From Candidatus Latescibacterota bacterium (GTDB taxonomy: Bacteria; Latescibacterota; UBA2968; UBA8231), in the NCBI GenBank assembly GCA_965248265.1, contig CBDFJF010000001.1:1120001-1184000 (forward strand): a DNA stretch of 64,000 bases, in the 5' to 3' direction. Position 1 is the first letter of the stretch. Each line of letters begins with the position of its first letter. A program made the position numbers and the translations under genes. Below are positions 18,880 through 28,505 of the stretch, in pieces. The notes beneath the pieces were generated by a model that was given only the letters and a program-made list of their open reading frames with translations, did not search any database and had not been told where the DNA came from.

Positions 18880-19187
18880 CTACTCATCCGGCGGCAGGCG
18901 GACGACGTTAAACCAGAAATCCTCAATCGAACGCACAGCCTTGATGAACTGCTCCATATCGACCGGCTTGGTGATGTAGCAGTTGGCGTGCAACTCGTAG
19001 GCCCTCAGGATGTCCTCGTCCGCCTCTGAAGTCGTCATTACCACCACGGGTATTTTCTGCAGATCCGGATCAGACTTGATCTGCTCGAGAACTTGGCGGC
19101 CGTCCTCGACGGCCGCTGGCTCCAGCCACAGAATTCTTTGACGATGCGCGCGTCATCTTCGCTGTCCTCAACCAGGAGTATCAGCAT
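18880..19187 (-). pseudogene. Rcp1-like single-domain response regulator with internal deletion and frameshift
   Basis: Reads [18 protein letters not shown], then in another frame [59 protein letters not shown]. The segment carrying the phosphoacceptor Asp (DLNLP-type) is missing. Confidence 0.8.
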
Positions 19188-19190
19188 GAG

Positions 19191-19240
19191 TCAGTCCTCA
19201 CTTTGAAGCGGCAGCGTGAAGAAAAAGGTGGTCCCTCGAT
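19191..19240 (-). pseudogene. C-terminal remnant of a histidine kinase HATPase domain
   Basis: Reads RGTTFFFTLPLQSED* directly upstream of the response-regulator remnant; no kinase body upstream. Confidence 0.6.
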
Positions 19241-19379
19241 GAGCTGCCTCATCCGCTTGGCAGCCATCCATAGCGCTCTATGTAATGTCGCGATTTTTCA
19301 ACGAGGTCGCAGCCGAGGTGCTGATCCACAGATAATGTTGGAACGAGCAGGTCTTGCTGATGTTGCGGAGGTGACTAAC

Positions 19380-19830
19380 CTACAAGTGATCGACGATTTC
19401 GTATAGCGAATGGGCCGCCGCAATGGGCCGATCCTCCATCAGCTGGCCACTGTCGTATGTGCGCAGGAAAAGCTCGCCGCGGCTGCTATCGCTGGTTTTC
19501 TCGAACCAGGTCCCTTGCCACGGCTGATAGATGACGCCGTCATCGGCCACCTTCCACTCACCACTGGCGACCTGGCGGTCCTCCACGTAGAAGCGGCTTC
19601 TCACCGTCGGCTCGGTACCATGCGTACGACCCGTGCTTGATGCCTCTGACGTAGGTCGTGTGGATCTCGCCACCATGTTGATCCGCGGTGATGACGACGC
19701 CATCCGAATCGGAGTCATCATACCGAGTCACTTTGCTGTCGCCGCAGCCGATCGAGACCAGGCCCGTGCCCAGTTGCAAGATGACTACAGCGCGCTTTGC
19801 CGTCCTAGTTACCATGTTGCTCAGTGCCAT
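19380..19830 (-). CDS. Putative lipoprotein with MORN-variant-like repeat, one frameshift at ~19595
   Basis: AGGGAG RBS, lipobox VSIGC, Y.RGIKHG.Y.WY..DG; removing one C gives continuous GEKRFYVEDRQV..WQGTW.E..YDSGQL. Confidence 0.55.
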
Positions 19831-19885
19831 GATCGAACTCCCTTTTTTCACCGGTGTCAGTTTTTGCTGTCTTCGACATCAGCAT

Positions 19886-19900
19886 TGCAAGGGTGTGCCA
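19886..19900 (-). promoter_or_regulatory. Sigma-54-like promoter, spacing one base short
   Basis: TGGCACACCCTTGCA is GG-N9-GC rather than N10; the missing base would fall in a C run. Confidence 0.4.
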
Positions 19901-19961
19901 ATCGCTGCCCCGAACCATGTTCCTTGTGTGTGGGTTACCGTACTGCCGGAAACGCATCAAT

Positions 19962-20006
19962 TCCGGTTTTCCGGACGCTGGGACACGGGCTGTCCAGTTT
20001 TCCGGA
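19962..20006. repeat. Two copies of TCCRGTTTTCCGGA, candidate activator binding sites
   Basis: Copies at 19962-19975 and 19993-20006, 31 bp apart, near-palindromic, upstream of the sigma-54-like element. Confidence 0.5.
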
Positions 20007-20056
20007 GGGGCCAACTTCGCCTTTGCCGCGGGTGCGCCTTGACATGAATTCGGCGC

Positions 20057-21865
20057 TCACCAGGAGGCGAGTTCGTTTTCCTTTATGTGGAACCGCGGTG
20101 CCGACACCTCGTCAATCAGCTCCTTTGTGTGCTCGCCGACGCGGACTATGACTCCTGGAAATGCCCTGTCCCACACCTTGATCTCTACGCCTTGTCTGCC
20201 TTCCAGCTGCTGCGTCATGCTTCGACGCCTGGTCACCAGCTGCTGATGGGATTGCGCCAACTCGCCGAGCTGGCGGGCACGACGCGCCAGCAGCTTGCGG
20301 CTGGGGCCAGCCGCTGCCTTGATCAATGCCTTGATCTGATCGAGGTCGATAGTTTCTAATGCGAAACGATTCAGGATGCGCTCCATCTGGGCGTTGCCGG
20401 CGGCGATGCTGCGCTGGATGCCGTCCAGCTCACGCGCCTGCAGTGGGTTGAGCCCCGCCGTCAGCGCTGAAGCCATCCCGTGCATGGTGCCGGCTGTGTG
20501 GGTTTCAATGCCCTTGCGACCCCAGGTCTCGCCTCCCATGATGCTGCCACCGTGGTCGCTCCGGCCACGCGCTATCACGACCTTGCCACCGGCGCGCAGG
20601 TTGGCGTGGTAAGAATAGCTTCCCAGCAGGATGTCTTGACCCGCCGTCACAGACGCCTCCTGCACGTATTGGGCCCTTACCGTACCACCGGCCACGATCA
20701 GCGTCTTGCGACCGACGATGCCCTGACCGGTGACCACGTCCCCGCGGGTTGACAGACTGGCACCGGACTCGACGGTGCCACCGATGGTGACGTCCCCTCC
20801 TGCCTTCACCGAAAACCCCCGGGCGATGGACCCGCTGATGTGGATGGCGCCGGCGAACTTCAGGTTTCCTGTGTGGAAGTCGACGTCACCACGGATGGCG
20901 AGCTGCTCGACCACCCGCAGCTCATCTCCCTCGTGGCGGAGTATTCCCGCGACCTTGGCGTAGTACTCCTCCCGGTCTGCTCCCGGCCGGACTTCGACGT
21001 TTTTCCCGGCGCTCAGTGGGAGATCGCTCCCGTCCTCTGCCGGACGAGGATTCCCAAACACATCCAGCCCGGTTTTCCCTTCGGTAGCGGGTTTGCGCCA
21101 TGCGACCAGCTGGTCGGCCTTTGCATTTGGCGTGAAGTTGACCTCGTGAAAATCGATGGAGCCATCTTCTCGTGTCTGACCAACGCGACGGTCCGTATCC
21201 ACCAGGATCTCGAGCTGGGTGTCTTCTCCGTTTACGGGCTCCTGACCCTGCGCTATCAAATAGAGGCCCCTCTTGTGGGACCCCATACGAATGGCGAGTG
21301 CAAGCTCTTCGATTTTCTCCGCGTCAACTCCAACAACCTCGCCCAACTCGTTTAGATGTTGTTGAATCATCTCCACCGTCACCGAGTGAGCCGACCCGTC
21401 GAGGACCAACCAGTAGACATGCATGCTGTCTGCGTCCACCCACAAAGGTGACCGCACCGCCAGTTCCCCGTCGATCACACACAGATAACCGTAGTGCACG
21501 GCTCGGTACTCGCCCTCAGGTGTAAGGGTGAGACCGGTCGCGGACCCTTCGTCTTGATGTTCCGAGGATGCATGGCGCAGAGCACGGGCTACGATTTCGC
21601 CCTGGGCCGCCGCAATCGCCCGAACCTTGCCGATCGCCAGTCTGTCGATCTGGTCACTGTCCAGCAGATCGACGAGAGCGGTTGAGTCGTGAACCAGCTG
21701 GGTTGCTAAGCGCGACTTGCTCAGTGGGCCGAGGTCGACCAGTTCGATGTTGGATTGCAGGTCGAGCTTGGCCGATTCCCTCTCGGCCAGGTCGTCGACC
21801 TCATCGAGAAAGTCGTCCATCTGGCCGGGATCAATGTCGTTTGGTTTGTCGAGTTTGAGTGCCAT
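20057..21865 (-). CDS. FapA / DUF342 family protein
   Basis: G.EP.NGED, DGSIDFHE, G.DVFG, GDVDFHTGNL.F.G, VKAGGDV.I.G.VE beta-helix, coiled coil, FPGV.V.VG. Confidence 0.85.
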   Translation of the reverse strand: MALKLDKPNDIDPGQMDDFLDEVDDLAERESAKLDLQSNIELVDLGPLSKSRLATQLVHDSTALVDLLDSDQIDRLAIGKVRAIAAAQGEIVARALRHASSEHQDEGSATGLTLTPEGEYRAVHYGYLCVIDGELAVRSPLWVDADSMHVYWLVLDGSAHSVTVEMIQQHLNELGEVVGVDAEKIEELALAIRMGSHKRGLYLIAQGQEPVNGEDTQLEILVDTDRRVGQTREDGSIDFHEVNFTPNAKADQLVAWRKPATEGKTGLDVFGNPRPAEDGSDLPLSAGKNVEVRPGADREEYYAKVAGILRHEGDELRVVEQLAIRGDVDFHTGNLKFAGAIHISGSIARGFSVKAGGDVTIGGTVESGASLSTRGDVVTGQGIVGRKTLIVAGGTVRAQYVQEASVTAGQDILLGSYSYHANLRAGGKVVIARGRSDHGGSIMGGETWGRKGIETHTAGTMHGMASALTAGLNPLQARELDGIQRSIAAGNAQMERILNRFALETIDLDQIKALIKAAAGPSRKLLARRARQLGELAQSHQQLVTRRRSMTQQLEGRQGVEIKVWDRAFPGVIVRVGEHTKELIDEVSAPRFHIKENELASW

Positions 21866-21871
21866 GAGTAA

Positions 21872-22819
21872 TCACGCGGGGCAAGAGGTTTCGGCTTCCA
21901 GCTCGAGTAACTCACTGATCGGTACGTTGTCCGTTTCCAGGGCTTCGGTAACCCTGGCCATGCGCAACAGCAGCGCCGCCTGCTGCGCCAGTCGCCAGAG
22001 TATGTGAGGCACATCCTCCGGATTCTCTTCGTCCTCTTCAAAATCGCCGACCCAGACCACGGCGATGGTGGAGTCACCATAGATGATGGGCGCGGCGACC
22101 GCCCCGGTTGAGGAATCAAGTCTAGGTTCCGACGAAGTGAAAGCGTGCACGGCGATGTGGTCGTCCGTCTGCAACGCCAGGGTCGGCTGCAGAGTCGATC
22201 GGGACCCTCTGGCGAGTGTGAGTTCCAGCTGTCTTGATTGGACATCGGGTTCGTATAGAAGGGCGGCGCGGGCGCCCGTCACGTCGGAAACCACCTGCAG
22301 AATCTCGGCCTTCGCGGCAGCGCGGTCATGGCAATTCATCTGGAACTGAACCAGCCGATCCCGACCTTGCAACTCCTTGAATTGGCGGCTGAGTCTGTCG
22401 TGCGCCTGTTGCAGCTGCCGATGAGCCTCGGCGATGCGATGCTCTGCTCCGTGCTTGTAGATCGCGATTTCGATGGAGGTCTCGAGCTCGCGATCCTGAA
22501 ACGGCTTGAGGATGTAGCCGAACGGTTCGGTAATTTTCGCCCGCTCGACGGTCGTGTCGTCCGCGTAGGCGGTCAAATAAATGACCGGAGTATGGAACTT
22601 GCGACGCACGATCTCGGCGACTTGAATCCCGTCCGTGTCGCCTCTGAGGCGGATATCCATCAGCACCAAGCCAGGCTTCAGGCTCTCCACCATGCCCAGC
22701 GCCTCTTCGCCGGTGCCGGCGATATCGAGCACGTCGTAGCCCATCTCCTGCAGTCTGTACTGCAGATCACGGGCGATCAGGATTTCGTCTTCGACGATCA
22801 GTATTCTGGCCTTGTCCAT
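21872..22819 (-). CDS. Response regulator with coiled coil and C-terminal GAF-like domain
   Basis: ILIVEDE, LVLMDI.L, YLTAYAD, GYILKPF; GAF-like C-terminal half. Confidence 0.88.
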   Translation of the reverse strand: MDKARILIVEDEILIARDLQYRLQEMGYDVLDIAGTGEEALGMVESLKPGLVLMDIRLRGDTDGIQVAEIVRRKFHTPVIYLTAYADDTTVERAKITEPFGYILKPFQDRELETSIEIAIYKHGAEHRIAEAHRQLQQAHDRLSRQFKELQGRDRLVQFQMNCHDRAAAKAEILQVVSDVTGARAALLYEPDVQSRQLELTLARGSRSTLQPTLALQTDDHIAVHAFTSSEPRLDSSTGAVAAPIIYGDSTIAVVWVGDFEEDEENPEDVPHILWRLAQQAALLLRMARVTEALETDNVPISELLELEAETSCPA

Positions 22820-22832
22820 TATATCCTCCAGT

Positions 22833-24524
22833 TCATTTGGTTTCGGAAAAAGTCAGTTGAAAACCGGTGCCTCTGTCGCAGTCTATCTCCAGATCGCCCT
22901 GCAACTGCCGGGTGAGATCCTGGACCAGACGCAGACCCAGCGAATCGGCCGTCCGCATATCGACTTCACGGCAGCCGATCCCATCGTCACTTACCCAAAG
23001 CACGTAGCGATCGCCATCCTCGCGAGCCAGTTCGACCTTGACCACGCCGCTGCGTCCATCTGGAAATGCATGTTTGAGGGCGTTGGACAACAACTCGTTG
23101 ACGATGAGACCACATGGTATTGCGGTCTCGATGTTGACGTGTACTTCCTCCATCTGGAGGTCGAGCTCGATGTCACGCACTTCAGCCCCGTATGATTGGA
23201 ACAAGCCGCTTGCCAGTTTGCGGATGTAGGGGGCGAGACCGACCCGGGCCAGATCGGCGGACTGGTACAGCTCCTGGTGAATGAGAGCCATCGACAGCAC
23301 CCGGTTCTGGCTCTCCTGCAGGATCGCCTTGATGCGATCATCGCCGCTGGCAGCAGCTTGATGGCTCAGCAGACTGGAGATGATCTGCATGTTGTTCTTG
23401 ACGCGGTGGTAGACTTCCTGAAGCAGGACTTCCTTCTCCCTCAAGGCACTCTTCGTGCGCTCCTCAGCTTGTTTGCGCTCGGTGACGTCGAAAGCGTAGA
23501 TCCGGATCCGCCCAGTCTCTTTGACGTAGTACATGACCTGTTGGCACCAGTGGCCGTCGACCTCGACTTCCCGGCTCATCGAGGTGGGTGCGTCCACGGC
23601 CCGGAACGCGGCTACGGGCAGATCGGCAAGAAAGGGATGCTCGGTTCTGCGTTGATCGATATCGGGATAAAGCATTTCCGCCCGTGGGTTGAGGTAGTGC
23701 ACTCGCCCATCCAGGTCGGTTTCGATCACGACATTGGGGTTGAGCATCGGAAACGAAGCTAGCCGGTTTAGCTCCTTCTCGACCCGGTGGCGCTCTTCGA
23801 TCTCGAAACGCAGGTGGGTGTTGGATCGGTGCAGACGTCGCTGGGCGATGAGTCCTGCTCGATGGAGACACGCCAGAGACAGCAACAGCACCACGGTGAT
23901 TACGCCAACGCCGACTGCCCATGGTAATGCGGTCCCCCTGACGGTCTCATTGACCACGTCACCGGGAACAAAGACACTGATCAATGCGTCGAGGCTGGCG
24001 CTGTAGGCGAACGCGCCGATGCGGTCCGCATCCTGTGGCGTGCTGTTCGTGCCCACCCAATCGGTCCGCGATGCCGCCAGTTCTTGCGTCGTCGCCGGTC
24101 CGACGTGTCCTTGAGCCCACGTCATGACTCCATCAGCTTCGGTGCCTACGGCATTGGGATCCCTTGTGTGCAGACTCAGCCGGCCCTCGGGGTCGATGAC
24201 GCACAAGAAGCTGCCACGGTCGATGTAGACCTCGCTGTAGTCATTCCATGTCTTGCCGAGGGCTGCCAGAATTTCGGTCTCTGACATCGACTCACCTAGG
24301 GCGTTACTGTGCATGGCGAGGGCGCGCGCCACCTTGTGGTTGCTCTCGTAGATGATCTCGAGAAGGGCGTCGCGACTGGTGACGTAGGAGTAGTAGCCGA
24401 CTCCAAGACCCACCACTATGCTCAGCAATCCCAGAATCAGGGCGATAAGGGACAGGCGGCCGATGTACGCTGTAATCTGATTATCGACAGCCGAGCGATC
24501 GGGAGACGGAGCGGACGCGTTCAT
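22833..24524 (-). CDS. Membrane sensor histidine kinase (HisKA_2/HWE-type) with PAS domain
   Basis: Two TMs flanking a periplasmic domain; NPN.VIETD.DG PAS; [11 protein letters not shown]; [23 protein letters not shown]. Confidence 0.92.
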   Translation of the reverse strand: MNASAPSPDRSAVDNQITAYIGRLSLIALILGLLSIVVGLGVGYYSYVTSRDALLEIIYESNHKVARALAMHSNALGESMSETEILAALGKTWNDYSEVYIDRGSFLCVIDPEGRLSLHTRDPNAVGTEADGVMTWAQGHVGPATTQELAASRTDWVGTNSTPQDADRIGAFAYSASLDALISVFVPGDVVNETVRGTALPWAVGVGVITVVLLLSLACLHRAGLIAQRRLHRSNTHLRFEIEERHRVEKELNRLASFPMLNPNVVIETDLDGRVHYLNPRAEMLYPDIDQRRTEHPFLADLPVAAFRAVDAPTSMSREVEVDGHWCQQVMYYVKETGRIRIYAFDVTERKQAEERTKSALREKEVLLQEVYHRVKNNMQIISSLLSHQAAASGDDRIKAILQESQNRVLSMALIHQELYQSADLARVGLAPYIRKLASGLFQSYGAEVRDIELDLQMEEVHVNIETAIPCGLIVNELLSNALKHAFPDGRSGVVKVELAREDGDRYVLWVSDDGIGCREVDMRTADSLGLRLVQDLTRQLQGDLEIDCDRGTGFQLTFSETK

Positions 24525-24573
24525 TTGAGATGACTTCCGGCAACGGGTTCGATGATCGGTTCACTCGGGATAT

Positions 24574-24590
24574 CGCAACAACCATGCCGA
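24574..24590 (-). promoter_or_regulatory. Sigma-54 promoter of the kinase-regulator-FapA operon
   Basis: Minus strand TCGGCATGGTTGTTGCG with exact GG-N10-GC spacing, ~50 bp upstream of the kinase start. Confidence 0.7.
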
Positions 24591-24691
24591 TGTCATCCAC
24601 GCCAGTAGAAAGCGACGTAAGTGCAGCCGGAGACTGGAGTTTGGCCCACATCAGTGCGCTGTCGCGGAGGTATTGTGGAGAACAGGCTGAA

Positions 24692-24725
24692 CCGGATATA
24701 TCGGGATTCGACTCGATATATCGGG
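24692..24725. promoter_or_regulatory. Paired C-N2-GATATATC-N2-G sites, same as 938-971
   Basis: GATATATC at 24695 and 24715, 20 bp apart, ~107 bp upstream of the sigma-54 promoter. Confidence 0.7.
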
Positions 24726-24731
24726 ACCTGG

Positions 24732-24760
24732 AACCCGGGCTCAGGCTGAGCCCGGGTTTT
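24732..24760. terminator. Perfect inverted repeat hairpin after the lyase-like gene
   Basis: AACCCGGGCTCAG-G-CTGAGCCCGGGTT, 13-bp arms, a few nt downstream of the stop at 24764; the T-run is on the + strand. Confidence 0.55.
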
Positions 24761-24763
24761 GTG

Positions 24764-27363
24764 CTACTTGAGCAGCAGCAGACTCCTGGTCTGCTGAAAA
24801 GTCCCCGCGCGCATGCGGTACAGGTACACCCCGCTGCCCACGGCCGTGCCCGAGGCGTCGGTTCCGTCCCACAAAACCTGGTAAGCCGCAGGTGACTGGA
24901 CCGCATTGACGAGCGTGGTTACCTGCTGGCCCATCAGGTTGAAGATGGTCAGCTCAATCCGCGTCGCCTCAGGCACCTGATACACGATCGCCGTCTGCGC
25001 GTTAAATGGATTGGGGAAGTTGGCCATCAAGCGGAAGTCTGCCGGCAACGCCGCGACATCCTCCAGCACGGACGTTGCCATGGACAAGGTCAACCGGCCT
25101 TCGCCGGCCAGCTGCAGGGTGACAATGCCGTTACTGACAGAGGTTCCTTCGAGCGTGCCAGCGAATTCGGCCGACTCGACGGCACCCACCAGCGGCACGG
25201 AGAGCTCGTACCCCGAGTCGGGTCCACGCACGTAGCCGTCGAGCCCGGTCGGGCTGATTTCGACACTGATATCGACAGCTTCAGTGGCCTGGAAATTCAG
25301 CTCATCCGCAGTTGTCAAAAAAGTTCCGTCCTGGACGCAGAAGCCGGTGACTTCCACTCCGTCGATGCGCGCCAGACCGAACACGCCGTCGCTGTGTGTG
25401 TTCCCAGCCGGGCCTTCAAAACGACCTCCGTGGAAGACGCGTCGCGGACCCACGCGATATCCTGGCCGGCACCGATCGAAACCTGGAGCGCCTGTCCACC
25501 ATCGTTCGCCACTTCCGCAAGAGTTGGCTCACCCTGATCCAACGATCGCGGATAGAGGATGGTCAGGAACTCCGCATTGTCCCCATTCTGCTCAACCTGC
25601 AGCACGGTATGAGTCGGCTCCTCCAGAAAATCGAAGGAATGCACAGCCTCATCTTCGCTGAAGGTCTCACCGGCACTGGCAGTCGTGTAGGCCAGCAACT
25701 CGGCGTTCGTCTGGGTCCATCGTGCCAGATTCCCCTCACGGGCGTAGGTGCCGCCCCCGTCGCCACCTCCATGTCCATGCAGCCGGAACTGGTAGGTATG
25801 CGTCTGGTCGTCTCTGAGTTCGTCGGCAATGACGAAATACTCACTGTCGGTGAACAGAACACGTCGACGCACGTCGACGTCTGCGTAGGACGCATTGACT
25901 TCGGCGTAATCTCCGAAAGCGCTGGTGAAAAACTCCTCCAGGAAGGCGTCGTTGCCCCCATCGATTGATTCGCCTTCGACGATCGCGTTGGGAGGTCCCT
26001 CACCGTCGACGAGGATGACGTTGTGATTGAGACCCCGGTTCACCCGGTTGTGATTGGTGAAGTTGATGTAGCCGGCGTCCAGGGCGAGCATCTCGCCGCC
26101 GGCGTATATGATGAAGCTGGTCTCATCAGCGTGCTCGTGGCCCAGGCCCTGAGACCGTGCGCGTCCGTGTTCGCCGCGCAACAGCATGTAGGTGGCCTGC
26201 TGCGACCAGTCGCTGCGGAAGACGGCGTCGCCTGCTTCGGGCATGAACAGGGTCGGGCCGTGATCCGGCTCCTGCGCCGCCACGGCGTCGTCATAAACAG
26301 CAATCGCATCCATCTCGGAGAACTCACGCACGTACAAACCGCGAGAATTGTTCTCCCAGTCCCAGCGATTTACGCCCCCGCTTTCGTAAGCTGCCGATAA
26401 GTAATGACCATAAAAATCATCAATGTGCCCGTCCTCGATGTTCGGACGTCGCCCATTGGGCAAGCGCAGGTTCAACGACCACTGGTGCATCTTCTGTACG
26501 CGTGAGTCGATCAGCAGATCGGTGCCCGTGAGATTCTTGAGGGCAAACATGTACGGCAGGTACACATCGGCCGCGTAGCGGCTATAGAACGGACCTTCGG
26601 CATAACCGCCGTCGTCATCTATTTGATGCCACAGGGACCGGGTGACCAGATCGAAGGCCCGGTCGGACCAGTCCTGGGGCGTGTTGGCCAGCCCGGTATG
26701 TCCACTCAATGCCATGGCGGCCAAGCCCAACCCGCCATAGGCGCGCACGTGCCAGTTGTCGAGGTGAACTATACTCAGATCCCTGGGATCCGGTGTCTGG
26801 TGCAGGCGGATGACGATATCGTCGAAAAAAGGAACCGGGATCGTGAGAATGACGATACCCTCGTACAGCCGCTGTGCCTCCTCGGCAAGGATGGCGCGAA
26901 TCTCTTCCAGCGACTCGGCATCGCCGGCGACGAAATCGTGGATCATGTCGTAGGCCACGGCGTAGATGGCGACGACTTCGCCTTCGTTGTGCGGCTCGCC
27001 CAGATCGCCACCCCTTGGCGGAAACTGCATCTCCTTGAGCACCTCGACTGCGCGATCCGCGTAGGCGACATCGTCCGTCATCAGGTAGGCAAAGGCCAGG
27101 CTCTTGGCGAAGCGAGCCTTGCTGCGCTCCTCCGTGAAGCTCTCGGGCGTGGACTCGGCGCGGGCCTGAACCGTCTGCCACCAGGTGGCGTAGGGCTCGC
27201 GCTGAATGCGCTCCTTGAGTACGGAAATATCGTCACTCGTGAACAGCAAACCGGGGTGCTGCTCGGTTGGCAGTGTCTGTGCCGGCAAATCGTGAGGAGC
27301 CATGGTCGCAAGCGCCACGATCGCGATTACGGTAACTCTGACTCTCATCCTCTTTCTTCTCAT
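24764..27363 (-). CDS. Secreted heparinase II/III-like polysaccharide lyase with C-terminal FlgD-Ig/T9SS-like domain; one frameshift at ~25420
   Basis: Signal peptide; HPGLLF, NWH, DGGYAEGPFY, VFRSDW, GHEHAD, DAGY, HNVILVDG; one extra T at GTT TTG joins it to the ORF ending TSV..LP...L.ANFPNPFN...SGVYLY...LLLK. Confidence 0.8.
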
Positions 27364-27528
27364 CCTGGCCTCCAGTACCATATACTAACTCTATCCACCC
27401 ACCGCACCTTGAAGCGTGCGACACAGCCAAACAGCACTGCTCTCGCCATGGTGTTACAGTAGAAAAATCCTTCCCCGGATGAAAGCTGAATTTGATAAGC
27501 CATACCAGATTGATCAGTATTGACACCC

Positions 27529-28497
27529 ATGAATGACACATCGAAGGAACGGCATCAGCAAATGCTGCGCTCGATGCTGACCATCCGTCGCTTCGAAGAG
27601 CGCGCCGCCGCCGACTACCATGCAGGGGCGATATACGGCGTCGTACACTCCTACATTGGTCAGGAAGCGATCGCCGTTGGTGTCTGCACGGCTTTGACCG
27701 GTGAGGACCAGATCATCAGCACCCACCGCGGCCATGGACATTGCCTTGCCAAGGGGGCTGACCTCAATCGTATGATGGCGGAGCTGTACGGCCGCCAAGA
27801 CGGGTACTGCAGGGGCAAGGGAGGCTCCATGCACATCGCCGATTTCAGCATCGGCATGCTGGGGGCCAATGGTATTGTCGCCGGCGGTATTGCCATCATC
27901 ACCGGGGCCGCGCTTGCCGCTCAGATGGATGGTGGAGACCGGGTGGCCGTGGCATTCTTCGGGGAGGGCGCCTCGAACGCGGGACCCTTTCACGAGTCGA
28001 TCAACATCGCCGCCAACTGGAAACTCCCCATTCTTTACGTCTGCGAGAACAATCTCTACGCTTCCAGCACTCCCGCCTCTGAAACGGTATCCACCGGACA
28101 GGTGGTGGCCCGAGCTGCCGGGTACGGGATTCCAGGCGTGACCGTGGACGGCAACGACGTCCTGGCCGTGTTCGCGGCGGCGACGACGGCGGTGGAGCGC
28201 GCCCGTGCCGGCGAAGGTCCTACCCTGATCGAGTGCAAGACCTACCGCCATCGGGCCCACACCGAGCGCTTGGGAGGCGAGGACCGGCGGCCTCCCGACG
28301 AAGTCGACGAATGGAAGCAGAGGGACCCGATCGAGCGCCTGGCCGGGGATTTGTTGCGGCAGGGAGAGCTCACGCAGAGCCAGCGCGACGAGGTGGAGGC
28401 GAGAGTCCTGCAGACCATCGAAGCGGCGGTTGAATTCGCCGAAGCCAGCCCGTTTCCACAACCCGAGGCCGCACTCGAAGACGTCTACGCTGATTGA
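27529..28497 (+). CDS. ThDP-dependent dehydrogenase E1 alpha subunit (AcoA/PdhA-like)
   Basis: HSYIGQEA, STHRGHGH, GKGGSMH, GEGA..N, CENNLYA, VDGND, TYR...H. Confidence 0.92.
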   Translation: MNDTSKERHQQMLRSMLTIRRFEERAAADYHAGAIYGVVHSYIGQEAIAVGVCTALTGEDQIISTHRGHGHCLAKGADLNRMMAELYGRQDGYCRGKGGSMHIADFSIGMLGANGIVAGGIAIITGAALAAQMDGGDRVAVAFFGEGASNAGPFHESINIAANWKLPILYVCENNLYASSTPASETVSTGQVVARAAGYGIPGVTVDGNDVLAVFAAATTAVERARAGEGPTLIECKTYRHRAHTERLGGEDRRPPDEVDEWKQRDPIERLAGDLLRQGELTQSQRDEVEARVLQTIEAAVEFAEASPFPQPEAALEDVYAD

Positions 28498-28505
28498 GAG
28501 CTCGA

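Noticed and set aside
25410-25430. Programmed -1 ribosomal frameshift
   Set aside because: No canonical X XXY YYZ heptamer; similar small indels elsewhere in the window point to sequence error or decay.
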